DNA of 64,000 bases from an uncultured Anaerolineaceae bacterium (GTDB taxonomy: Bacteria > Chloroflexota > Anaerolineae > Anaerolineales > UBA4823), in assembly GCA_964463505.1 (NCBI GenBank), contig CAYXDC010000002.1, forward strand, positions 28,452 to 92,451, in the 5' to 3' direction. The translations under genes were made by a program, and so were the position numbers. The notes beneath the pieces were generated by a model, which was given only the letters and a program-made list of their open reading frames with translations, was not told where the DNA came from and did no database searches. Each line of letters begins with the position of its first letter. Within the stretch, counting starts at the first letter, position 1. Shown here piece by piece: positions 9,327-18,208 of this stretch.

Positions 9327-10364
9327 ATGATGGCACGCGTGGTTACTTTTGGCGAGATCATGATGCGCCTCTCACCCCCTGGACAGCAGCGTTTCACACA
9401 GGCGCGTAACTTTGAGGCGATCTATGGGGGCGGAGAGTCAAATGTAGCTGTGTCGTTAGCAAATTTCGGTGTAGCAGCGGAGTTTGTCAGCCGCTTGCCC
9501 AAAAATGATATTGGGGAAGCCTGCCTGCAATTCTTGCGCCAGTATGGGGTTGGAACAAGCCACATCTTGCGCGGCGGCGAGCGGCTGGGAATATATTTCC
9601 TGGAGCATGGCGCTGTGCAGCGCGGGAGCTCGGTGATTTATGACCGGGCGGGATCATCCCTGGCAACCATCCAGCCAGGCATGGTGGCATGGGATGCGGT
9701 CTTCGAAGGCGTTGACTGGTTCCATTGGACTGGCATTACCCCGGCCATTTCTCAAGGGGCAGCAGAAGCCTGTCTCGAGGCTGTGCAGGTGGCAAAAGCC
9801 ATGGGATTGACGGTCTCCACCGATTTGAATTATCGTGCCAAGCTGTGGAAGTGGGGCCGTCCGGCCAGCGACGTCATGCAGGAGTTAGTCGCCTACTGCG
9901 ATGTGACCATCGGCAATGAAGAAGATGCTGCCAAAGTTTTTGGTATTCACGCCCCGGAAACCGACGTCACATCTGGGAAAGTTGAAGCCGACCAATATCG
10001 TTTTGTGTGCGAGCGTCTGGCAGAGCGCTTTCCTAACTTGAAAACTATCGCCATTACCCTGCGCGGCTCGCTCTCAGCCAGCCATAATACCTGGAGCGCG
10101 GTGCTCTGGCACACCGGTGAGCTGTATTTTGCCCCTACTTACGACATTACTCACATTGTAGACCGGGTAGGCGGCGGCGACAGTTTTGTAGGCGGACTGA
10201 TCTATGGCCTGTTGACCTATACCGGGGATATGGACAAAACCATTCGTTTTGCTGTAGCAGCCTCGGCGCTTAAACACACCATTTTTGGTGATTTCAACCT
10301 GGTCAGTGTTGCCGAAGTTGAAAAGTTGATGGCGGGCGACGCCTCCGGGCGCGTCAGCCGCTAA
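9327..10364 (+). CDS. kdgK: 2-keto-3-deoxygluconate kinase (PfkB family)
   Basis: TFGEIMMRLS, GGGESNVA, DLNYRAKLW, DRVGGGDSF. SD AAGGAG before ATG 9327; adjacent to the KDPG aldolase gene. Confidence 0.9.
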   Translation: MMARVVTFGEIMMRLSPPGQQRFTQARNFEAIYGGGESNVAVSLANFGVAAEFVSRLPKNDIGEACLQFLRQYGVGTSHILRGGERLGIYFLEHGAVQRGSSVIYDRAGSSLATIQPGMVAWDAVFEGVDWFHWTGITPAISQGAAEACLEAVQVAKAMGLTVSTDLNYRAKLWKWGRPASDVMQELVAYCDVTIGNEEDAAKVFGIHAPETDVTSGKVEADQYRFVCERLAERFPNLKTIAITLRGSLSASHNTWSAVLWHTGELYFAPTYDITHIVDRVGGGDSFVGGLIYGLLTYTGDMDKTIRFAVAASALKHTIFGDFNLVSVAEVEKLMAGDASGRVSR

Positions 10365-10389
10365 ACCAAACCACCATAAGGAGTGCTGG

Positions 10390-11076
10390 ATGGCGAAATA
10401 CAGTCGCCTCAATGTATTGAATAGCATGGTTGAAACAGGCATGGTGCCGGTTTTTTATCATGCTGATATTGAAGTCGCTACAAAAATCGTGCGGGCGCTG
10501 GCCGAAGCCGGGGTGCGTTGTTTTGAATTTACCAACCGTGGCGACCAGGCACACCTGGTGTTTCAGGAGCTGTACCGGCGTTTTGCCGGTGATAGGCGCG
10601 TGATCCTGGGAGCAGGTTCGATCCTCGATCCGGCTACGGCTGCCTTGTATATCCAGCTGGGCGCCAATTTTATCGTTGGACCGGTGCTTAACCCTGAAGT
10701 GGCTAAGGTCTGCAACCGGCGCAAGATCGCTTATTCTCCGGGCTGCGGCAGCCTGAGTGAAGTTTCTGCCGCTGAAGAGCTGGGGGTTGAAATTTGTAAA
10801 GTTTTCCCCGGCAAAGAAGTTGGCGGACCAGGTTTTGTAGAAGCTTTGCGTGGACCGATGCCCTGGACCTATATTATGCCAACGGGCGGTGTGGACCCCA
10901 GCGAAGAAAGCATTAACGCCTGGATCAAAGCAGGCGTGGCCTGTGTGGGTATGGGCAGCAAGCTGGTACGCAAGGATTTGATTGCAGCAGGCGATTACGC
11001 TGAAATGACGCGTCTGGCAGGACTGACCCTGGGCTGGATACAGACTGCCCGCCAACAACATCCCATATTCTGGTAA
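10390..11076 (+). CDS. eda: 2-dehydro-3-deoxy-phosphogluconate / 4-hydroxy-2-oxoglutarate aldolase
   Basis: [22 protein letters not shown], Schiff-base Lys in CKVFPG, MPTGGV. Confidence 0.92.
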   Translation: MAKYSRLNVLNSMVETGMVPVFYHADIEVATKIVRALAEAGVRCFEFTNRGDQAHLVFQELYRRFAGDRRVILGAGSILDPATAALYIQLGANFIVGPVLNPEVAKVCNRRKIAYSPGCGSLSEVSAAEELGVEICKVFPGKEVGGPGFVEALRGPMPWTYIMPTGGVDPSEESINAWIKAGVACVGMGSKLVRKDLIAAGDYAEMTRLAGLTLGWIQTARQQHPIFW

Positions 11077-11095
11077 TAACCTGAAAGGAGTGAGC

Positions 11096-12556
11096 ATGGC
11101 TAAGCCCTATTTACGTGTGGCGCGCATGAAAACTGCGCAGGATTTCCGTGATTATGTGGCTGAACTGGGAATTTACCTGCCCCTGGATGAGAAGGTTGAA
11201 CCGGCGCCAGATGGCGCCCTGGCTCAGACGTATACCCTGAAAACTGGGCGGGTCATCGGCAACCGTTTTAGCATCCTCCCCATGGAAGGTTGGGATGGCA
11301 CGCCAGATGGCTTGCCAACGGAATATACCCTGCGGCGCTGGACAAATTTCGGGCGCAGTGGGGCCAAATTGATCTGGGGTGGCGAAGCAGTTGCGGTGCG
11401 CCATGATGGGCGCGCCAACCCCAACCAGCTGATGATCAACCAGCATACCCTGGGCGGGCTGGCAGATCTGCGCCAGGCGCTGGTTGGCGCCCACCAGGCT
11501 CAGATGGGGAGCACAGACGACTTGCTGGTTGGTTTGCAGCTCACCCACTCTGGACGATTTTCACGCCCCAATGAAAAAAAACGCCTCGAGCCGCAAATCC
11601 TCTACCACCACCCGTTGCTTGAGCAGATCTATAAAATTGACCCCAATTTGCCGGTGATGACAGACGCTCAAATTGAAGATCTTATCGCCGACTATGTGCG
11701 CGCCGCCGGTCAAGCCCACGCCTTGGGTTTTGATTTTGTTGATCTAAAACATTGTCATGGCTACCTGGGGCACGAATTCCTGTCGGCGCGCTCTCGACCT
11801 GGCCCATATGGGGGCAGTTTTGAAAACCGTACACGATTCCTGCGGGAGCTGGTGGCGGGTATCCGCCGTGATGTACCCGGGTTGTTGCTGGGCGTGCGCT
11901 TTAGCGCCTATGATTTCCCGCCCTTCCGCCCAGGACCGGATGGGGTAGGTGTCGTGCAGGATTATCGGGATATTAATGGCAGGTACCCATTTGCCTTTGG
12001 CGGCGATCAAAATGATACGCTCACGATCGATCATAGCGAGCCGCGCCGCTTCCTCGAGCTGCTCCAGTCTTTGGAGATTGAATTGGTGAACCTCTCGGCT
12101 GGCAGCCCGTATTACAACCCGCATATGCAGCGCCCGGCTTATTTTCCACCTTCGGATGGTTACCAACCTCCGGAAGACCCGCTGGTCAGTGTCGCCCGGC
12201 AAATCAATAATGCGGCAACTTTGAAGGCTTCGTTCCCAGACCTGGCGATCGTGGGCACCGGATACAGCTATCTGCAAGACTGGCTGCCGCATGTAGGACA
12301 ATACGCCGTGCGTACAGGAATGGTCGATTTTGTTGGTTTGGGGCGCATGGCTCTGGCTTACCCGGAAATGCCAGCCGATGTGTTGGCCGGCAAGCCGCTG
12401 GACCGCAAGCGCATTTGCCGCACATTTAGCGATTGTACGACTGCGCCGCGCAATGGGATGATTTCAGGTTGTTTCCCACTGGACGATTTCTACAAAGCCC
12501 TGCCAGAGGCCGAACAGGTCAAGCAGGTTAAGGCTGAACAAAAACTGGCCAGTTAA
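11096..12556 (+). CDS. NADH:flavin oxidoreductase (Old Yellow Enzyme-like FMN TIM barrel)
   Basis: [69 protein letters not shown] 11096 after AAAGGAG. Confidence 0.88.
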   Translation: MAKPYLRVARMKTAQDFRDYVAELGIYLPLDEKVEPAPDGALAQTYTLKTGRVIGNRFSILPMEGWDGTPDGLPTEYTLRRWTNFGRSGAKLIWGGEAVAVRHDGRANPNQLMINQHTLGGLADLRQALVGAHQAQMGSTDDLLVGLQLTHSGRFSRPNEKKRLEPQILYHHPLLEQIYKIDPNLPVMTDAQIEDLIADYVRAAGQAHALGFDFVDLKHCHGYLGHEFLSARSRPGPYGGSFENRTRFLRELVAGIRRDVPGLLLGVRFSAYDFPPFRPGPDGVGVVQDYRDINGRYPFAFGGDQNDTLTIDHSEPRRFLELLQSLEIELVNLSAGSPYYNPHMQRPAYFPPSDGYQPPEDPLVSVARQINNAATLKASFPDLAIVGTGYSYLQDWLPHVGQYAVRTGMVDFVGLGRMALAYPEMPADVLAGKPLDRKRICRTFSDCTTAPRNGMISGCFPLDDFYKALPEAEQVKQVKAEQKLAS

Positions 12557-12571
12557 CCATGGAGGTCTAGA

Positions 12572-14188
12572 TTGCGCGTTGTTGATTTCTCTACTGCCGT
12601 CCAGCTGGTGCAGGATGGTGATACGATCCTGATTGGTGGTTCCGGCGGCGGGCATGCCGTGCCAGAGAAGCTGATCATGAGCCTGGCAGAACGCTTTCAC
12701 AGCACTGCGAGCCCGCGTGGGATTACGCTACTGCACCCCGTGGGCTTGGGAGATATGGCTTCGCAGGGCGTTGACCGTCTGGCGCATCCAGAGCTATTGA
12801 AGCGCATTATCACTGGCGCTTTGGTCAATACCCCGGCGATCCAGGAGATGGCTCGCCAGGATCAGGTGGAAGCCTATACGCTGCCGCAAGGCTCGCTATC
12901 CCAGCTCATGCGCGAGATGGCTGCCGGGCGTCCGGGCTTGATCTCACATGTCGGTTTGCACACCTTCGTCGATCCGCGCTACGGCGGAGGCCGGCAAAGC
13001 CCATCGGCTCGGGAAGCCCTGGTGGAGCTGGTCGAAATTGCCGGGCGGGAGTGGCTGTTTTATAAGCCAATGCATGTAGATATAGCTTTTTTGCGCGGCA
13101 CCACTGCCGATGAAGATGGCAATATCACGATGGAGCAAGAAGCCATATTTGGCGAGATGCTTTCCATGGCCCAGGCTGCCCGGCGCAGCGGGGCTGTAGT
13201 GATCGTCCAGGTGGCTCGGCTGGCCCAGCGTGGCAGCCTGCCACCCAAGCAGGTGAAGATTCCTGGTATGTTGGTTGATCTTGTAGTCGTGGACCCCGAA
13301 CAGCGCCAGACATACGTGACCCAATACAGCCCGGCTTATGCAGGTGAGCTGCGTGTACCGCTCAACGCGATTCCGGCGCTGCCATTTGATCCTCGCAAAG
13401 TGATTGCCCGGCGCGCGGCCCTGGAATTGTTTCCCGGCGCCGTCTGCAATCTAGGCGCAGGCGTATCCACGGGGATCGCCAATGTCGCCGCAGAAGAAGG
13501 TTTTTTGCAGGATATTGTGCTCACCAACGAACAGGGGCTGATTGGCGGGGCGCCTGCCTCGGGCGTGGATGCTGGGGCAGCCATTAACTATGATTCCATT
13601 ATAGACCAACCTTACCAGTTCGATTTTTACGATGGAGGCGGACTCGACCTGGCTTTCCTGTCTTTCGCACAGGTCGATCCGCAGGGCAGTGTTAATGTCA
13701 GCCGCTTCGGTGAGAAAGTGATCGGTGTGGGTGGATTCCAGAATATTGCCCAGAATGCCAAGACGATCGTGTTTAGCGGTACTTTTACGGCCGGACGGCA
13801 GGAGATCACCTGGGAAAATGGACAGATGATAATCCGGGCAGACGGGACGCATCAGAAGTTTGTTGCTCAGCTCGATCAGGTCTCGTATAGCGGCGCACAC
13901 GCCCAGTCCATCGGCCAACGTGCCTTGTATATCACCGAGCGGGCGGTCTTCCAGCGTGGCCCCCAGGGTTTGGAATTGATTGAGCTGGCTGCGGGTGTGG
14001 ACCTGGAACGCGATGTTTTGGCAAAGATGGGTTTCCGCCCGCAAATAGCCGCGCATGTCAAAATCATGGATCAGCGCCTGTTTCACCCGCGCGGGATGGA
14101 ATTTGCAGCCGAGTTACGCGCCCGGCCGCGCTTGAATTTGCCAGAACGCTTGCGGAGCGCGGACTGGCTGGAAGGAGTGACACCATGA
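12572..14188 (+). CDS. Family I acyl-CoA:acetate/3-ketoacid CoA-transferase (fused alpha/beta, YdiF/Pct-like)
   Basis: GTTADEDGNITME, CNLGAGV, catalytic Glu in LTNEQG, FDFYDGGGLDLAFL, GVGGFQNI, ITERAVF. Confidence 0.92.
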   Translation: MRVVDFSTAVQLVQDGDTILIGGSGGGHAVPEKLIMSLAERFHSTASPRGITLLHPVGLGDMASQGVDRLAHPELLKRIITGALVNTPAIQEMARQDQVEAYTLPQGSLSQLMREMAAGRPGLISHVGLHTFVDPRYGGGRQSPSAREALVELVEIAGREWLFYKPMHVDIAFLRGTTADEDGNITMEQEAIFGEMLSMAQAARRSGAVVIVQVARLAQRGSLPPKQVKIPGMLVDLVVVDPEQRQTYVTQYSPAYAGELRVPLNAIPALPFDPRKVIARRAALELFPGAVCNLGAGVSTGIANVAAEEGFLQDIVLTNEQGLIGGAPASGVDAGAAINYDSIIDQPYQFDFYDGGGLDLAFLSFAQVDPQGSVNVSRFGEKVIGVGGFQNIAQNAKTIVFSGTFTAGRQEITWENGQMIIRADGTHQKFVAQLDQVSYSGAHAQSIGQRALYITERAVFQRGPQGLELIELAAGVDLERDVLAKMGFRPQIAAHVKIMDQRLFHPRGMEFAAELRARPRLNLPERLRSADWLEGVTP

Positions 14189-15000
14189 GCGATAGTCCAG
14201 GGACATCGGATCGTATCGAGTGGGATGCCATCGAAGTGACACTACCGCGCCCGGGCGTCGCTCTGATGAGCATTGTCTCTCAGCCTTTGGGCGTGCTGCG
14301 GCATGCTGTCAAGCGCGCCATGCTGGCCCGCCTGGCAGAGTTGGAAGGCGACCGGCGCGTGCGCTGTGTGGTGTTGACCGGGGTTGGGAAGGCTTTTTCG
14401 GTTGGGTCTGACATCCGCGATTTTAGCGTGGAGATTGGCTGGTTGTTAGAAAATGATTATGTCGAGGCCGGGCTGAATGCAGCCATTGAAAACTCGCCAC
14501 TACCAATCATTGCTGCACTTAACGGGCATGCTTTAGGGGGTGGGGCTGTACTGGCCCTGGCGTGTGATATTCGAGTGGCTGGCGAATCCTGCAAGATGGG
14601 TTTCCCAGAAGTGAAAGTTGGGGCGTTTGCATCTGGTAGCGGTACGCAGCGCTTGCCGCGCCTGGTAGGGCGCGGGCGGGCATTGGATTTACTGCTGACC
14701 GGGCGCAGCATTACAGCTGCTGAGGCCCTGGCTTTTGGACTGGTGGAATATGTTGTCCCAGACGAGGAGCTGCTGGACTTCAGCCTCACCCTGGCAGAGG
14801 GGATCGCTGCCAATGCCGCCGGGGCAGTCAGCGCCAGCAAGCGTTGTGTGAATGAAGGCTTGCGTCTGGGATGGGAGGCTGGCCTGGAGTTGGAGCGTGA
14901 ACTGCGCATCCAGACAGGCAGGGGGCGAGACGCGCAAGAAGGTCGCCAGGCATTTATTGAAAAACGCCCTGCGCGCTTTAACCAGGAACCGGAGGCCTAG
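14185..15000 (+). CDS. Enoyl-CoA hydratase/isomerase (crotonase) family protein
   Basis: KAFSVGSDI oxyanion loop, IAALNGHALGGG, FPEVKVG, GTQRLPRLVG, AFIEKRPA. Confidence 0.92.
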   Translation: MSDSPGTSDRIEWDAIEVTLPRPGVALMSIVSQPLGVLRHAVKRAMLARLAELEGDRRVRCVVLTGVGKAFSVGSDIRDFSVEIGWLLENDYVEAGLNAAIENSPLPIIAALNGHALGGGAVLALACDIRVAGESCKMGFPEVKVGAFASGSGTQRLPRLVGRGRALDLLLTGRSITAAEALAFGLVEYVVPDEELLDFSLTLAEGIAANAAGAVSASKRCVNEGLRLGWEAGLELERELRIQTGRGRDAQEGRQAFIEKRPARFNQEPEA

Positions 15001-15003
15001 CGC

Positions 15004-15936
15004 ATGCGCCTGGCGATGTACAACCAGCGAGGGCAAGCGCGCGTGGGGGCGCTGCTCAAAACCCGGACTGTTCAGCGCGCCCAGCTAGTAGATCTATTGC
15101 GTGCTGCACGCCTGTTACGGTATGTGAAGCCGTTGCCAAATTCAATGGACCAGCTGCTTGCCGGGGGTGCTTTATATCTGGATTCTGTGCGCCAATTCAT
15201 GGCAAATATTGATAACTTGCCAGATAGCGAGCTCAGAGCACTGGCAGAGGCTGATGCGCTATTGGATCTTGCTAAAGCTGACTTGCTCCCGCCTGTGTCA
15301 AAGCCGGGCAAGATAATCTGTGTGGGGTTGAATTATCCGATACCTGGCGGCGTTGCCCAACCTGCGCAAGTTTATCCGGTGATATTTCTAAAGCCTACCA
15401 GTACACTGCTGGGTTCTGGTGGGCGCGTGATCATGCCGCACACCAGCCGTGAAATTGCTGGGGAAACTGAGCTGGTGGTCGTAATCGGTCGTTACGGCAG
15501 GCATATTTCTGTCGAGCAGGCCCTCGAATATGTCGCCGGTTATACCCTGGCGATGGATATCGGGGCGCGTGATTGGGAAGCGCGCACGACACAGTGGACT
15601 TCTGGTAAGCTGGGTGATACTTTTACACCCCTGGGTCCAATCCTGCTCACCGCGGACGAAATACCCGATCCTTCAGGAGTTGAGTTATCCCTCACGATAA
15701 ACGATAGCATTTCATTACGCGGCCGTACCAGCCAGATGATTTTCGGGATTCCGGCGCTGATCGCCTATCTATCAGAAATCGCGACCTTGCAGCCCGGAGA
15801 TATCATCCTGACCGGTAGCCCCAAAGGCGTGGATGACCAGTCGCGTGGGCCGGTGTTGTTGAGCGCGGGCGAGCGCTTGCTCGCCACAGCCAGCGGCCTG
15901 GGTCAGTTGGTCGTGGATGTGGTTCAGGAGGAGTAA
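15004..15936 (+). CDS. Fumarylacetoacetate hydrolase-family protein
   Basis: KIICVGLNY, FLKPTS, GETELVVVIG, DIGARDW, GKLGDTFTPLGP, LQPGDIILTGSP. Confidence 0.9.
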   Translation: MRLAMYNQRGQARVGALLKTRTVQRAQLVDLLRAARLLRYVKPLPNSMDQLLAGGALYLDSVRQFMANIDNLPDSELRALAEADALLDLAKADLLPPVSKPGKIICVGLNYPIPGGVAQPAQVYPVIFLKPTSTLLGSGGRVIMPHTSREIAGETELVVVIGRYGRHISVEQALEYVAGYTLAMDIGARDWEARTTQWTSGKLGDTFTPLGPILLTADEIPDPSGVELSLTINDSISLRGRTSQMIFGIPALIAYLSEIATLQPGDIILTGSPKGVDDQSRGPVLLSAGERLLATASGLGQLVVDVVQEE

Positions 15937-15940
15937 GCGT

Positions 15941-16987
15941 ATGTCAAAAACGCGCCTAATGGCGATCGTTACCGCTCCCGGGAAAGTGGAGATATTAGAA
16001 CGGCCTCTGCCAGAACCCGGCCCGACCGAAGTGCAGCTGCGCGTGCGTGCTGTGACCCTGTGTGGTGGGGACATGCATATCTTTGCCGGTAAGCACCCGT
16101 CTGTGTCGCTGCCAGTCCCCATTGGGCATGAGATTGCCGGGGACGTGGTTGCGTTAGGAGAGAAAGTGACCCGCTTGCAGATCGGGGACCGGGTGACGGT
16201 TGAGCCGGTAATCGCATGCGGAAAGTGCTATTTCTGCCAGCGTGGTCAATATCATTTTTGCACCTCCATCAGCTTTCAATATCGCCGCGGACAGGGTGGG
16301 GTGACCACAGATTTTATCGTGGATGAGCGTTGGGCGCACCGCTTACCTGCCGCGGCTACATATACCGAAGGAGCTTTGTTGGAGCCGTTGGCAGTAGCAG
16401 TGCATGCAGTCCAAAAAGCTGATCTCCGCCTGGGGCAGAGCGTGGCGATTTTTGGCGCTGGGGCAATTGGCTTGTTGGTGCTGCAACTGGCGCAGCAGGC
16501 CGGCGCCGGGCAGGTGCTGATCACGGATGTACGTCCAGCGCGTCTGGAGATGGCTCGCCAACTGGGTGCCAGCGCAGCATTGAACAGCCTGGATGGTGAT
16601 GTGCTGGCAGAGATCGCAGCTCTCACAGATGGCCTGGGTGTAGACCGAGCCTTTGAAGCGGTTGGTTTACAGGTTACCCTGGTCCAGGCATTGAAAGCGC
16701 TGCGCAAGGGCGGGCGGGCTGTACTGGTTGGGCTGTTTGAACAGGATGAGCTAACAATCCCAGCCAATATTTTCGTGCACCGTGAGATCGAGCTGTCTGG
16801 GTCACAAGGTTATTGCTGGGATTTTCAAACCGCCATCCAATTCCTGGCGCTGGGAAAGGTGGATTTGCAGCGCCTGATAACGCATGTATACCCCATGGAT
16901 CAAGTTCAGGCGGCGTTTGATACCCTGGCGGATCGTCAGTCTGGAGCAGTGAAGGTTGTCATCCAGATAGGTGACAATAGTTCTTGA
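15941..16987 (+). CDS. Zn-dependent medium-chain (sorbitol/L-threonine-like) dehydrogenase
   Basis: CGGDMH, GHE, structural Zn CGKCYFCQRGQYHFC, GAGAIG. ATG 15941 after GGAGGAG. Confidence 0.92.
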   Translation: MSKTRLMAIVTAPGKVEILERPLPEPGPTEVQLRVRAVTLCGGDMHIFAGKHPSVSLPVPIGHEIAGDVVALGEKVTRLQIGDRVTVEPVIACGKCYFCQRGQYHFCTSISFQYRRGQGGVTTDFIVDERWAHRLPAAATYTEGALLEPLAVAVHAVQKADLRLGQSVAIFGAGAIGLLVLQLAQQAGAGQVLITDVRPARLEMARQLGASAALNSLDGDVLAEIAALTDGLGVDRAFEAVGLQVTLVQALKALRKGGRAVLVGLFEQDELTIPANIFVHREIELSGSQGYCWDFQTAIQFLALGKVDLQRLITHVYPMDQVQAAFDTLADRQSGAVKVVIQIGDNSS

Positions 16988-17040
16988 CAGATGTCTCTGG
17001 TTTTTTATATAATTCGTTAGCGCTAACGGCAACGCTAACG
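16984..17040 (+). promoter_or_regulatory. Consensus sigma70 promoter (TTGACA-N18-TATAAT) followed by a LacI-type operator CGTTAGCGCTAACG
   Basis: TTGACA 16984-16989, TATAAT 17008-17013, perfect 14-bp palindrome 17015-17028, extra half-site CGCTAACG 17033-17040. Confidence 0.8.
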
Positions 17041-17137
17041 GAAATTGTAAAATGGCACCTGGGTTTGCCATGCACTGCCGGTTTAGACCACAACAAGTTT
17101 TCCAATCCTGAAAGCATCTGTATAATAAGGACCACGG

Positions 17138-18160
17138 ATGAATGTGAAGGAAAGGTTCTTGAAAGCTCTGCATCTGGAGGCCGTTGATCGCCCACCTGTG
17201 GCTGCTGTGGCTACCGGGATTACCGTTCAGATGATGGAAAAGGTAGGGATTTATTGGCCTGAAGCGCACAGCGACCCCGACCTATTGGCAGGTCTGGCTG
17301 AATCGATCTGGGTGCATACCAATATCGAGTGCATGAAGCTACCCTTTGATATGGTGGTTGAGGTTGAGGCACTGGGTGCCCAAATCAATTACCGCACTCG
17401 AGATACTCTGCCCACTGAAGTTGGGCATTTATACAATCATCCCGATCAACTCACCATCCCCAAGAATTTCTTTGATCTAGGGCGTGTCCCTACTGTTCTC
17501 AAAGCGATTCATTCCCTGCGCAAACGCTACGATGAGGAAGCACCGATCGTCTCCTCGATTGTAGGTCCGTTCTCAATCGCCGGGAAACTGTTCGGATTTG
17601 AGAATTTCTTGATCTGGATCATAACTAACCCGGAATTGGTCCACCAGGCGATGGCTGCCTTGACCCCCCTGGCAATCGCCTATGCCAATGCGCAGATTGA
17701 GGCAGGGGCCGATGCTATCATTATTGGGGAGGCTTCTTGCACAGGCGACCTGATTTCTCCGTTTACCTACCGTGATTTAATCGCTCCCTATCATGGCCAG
17801 CTCTGTCCGGCGATCCAAGGCCCAACAATCATGCATATCTGTGGCAAGTCCACTCGCCATACACCTTTCCTGGCCGATATCGGCACCAACTGTTACAACT
17901 TCGACGAAGGGGTGGATATTCAGGTCGCTGTACATAATTTAAAAGGCAAGGTCGCCCTGGCTGGTTATGTGCCGACTGTAAAAGTACTGCTTAATGGAAC
18001 CCCTGAGGATGTATATCGGTCCACGATGGAATGCCTGGATAATGGAGTGGATATGGTGACCCCGGGTTGCGCCATGGCCCCCTATACACCACTTGAAAAT
18101 ATTGCTGCGATGACGCAGGCAGTTCGGGATTGGAAACCTAACCCAACCGCTGTAGGATAG
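17138..18160 (+). CDS. MtaA/CmuA-family methylcobamide:thiol methyltransferase-like protein (UroD superfamily)
   Basis: KERFLKAL...VDRPPV, YWPEAHSDP, EVEALG, GRVPTVLKAI, GPFSIAG, Zn motif MHICG...TPGCA. Confidence 0.85.
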   Translation: MNVKERFLKALHLEAVDRPPVAAVATGITVQMMEKVGIYWPEAHSDPDLLAGLAESIWVHTNIECMKLPFDMVVEVEALGAQINYRTRDTLPTEVGHLYNHPDQLTIPKNFFDLGRVPTVLKAIHSLRKRYDEEAPIVSSIVGPFSIAGKLFGFENFLIWIITNPELVHQAMAALTPLAIAYANAQIEAGADAIIIGEASCTGDLISPFTYRDLIAPYHGQLCPAIQGPTIMHICGKSTRHTPFLADIGTNCYNFDEGVDIQVAVHNLKGKVALAGYVPTVKVLLNGTPEDVYRSTMECLDNGVDMVTPGCAMAPYTPLENIAAMTQAVRDWKPNPTAVG

Positions 18161-18208
18161 GCGGGTTGGTTAATTCGAATAGATGAACGGACAAAAATAG
18201 AGGTATAT

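Noticed and set aside
10354-11097. 247-aa minus-strand ORF and other long antisense ORFs (13451-14086, 24660-25307, 27982-28566, 50107-50649, 55287-55802, 62407-62943)
   Set aside because: All overlap well-supported genes on the opposite strand; these are expected codon-bias shadows in GC-rich DNA.
18140-18172. Imperfect hairpin (aacccaaccgc...gcgggttggtt) after the MtaA-like gene
   Set aside because: The arms are not exact complements and there is no clear U-tract; not supportable as a terminator.
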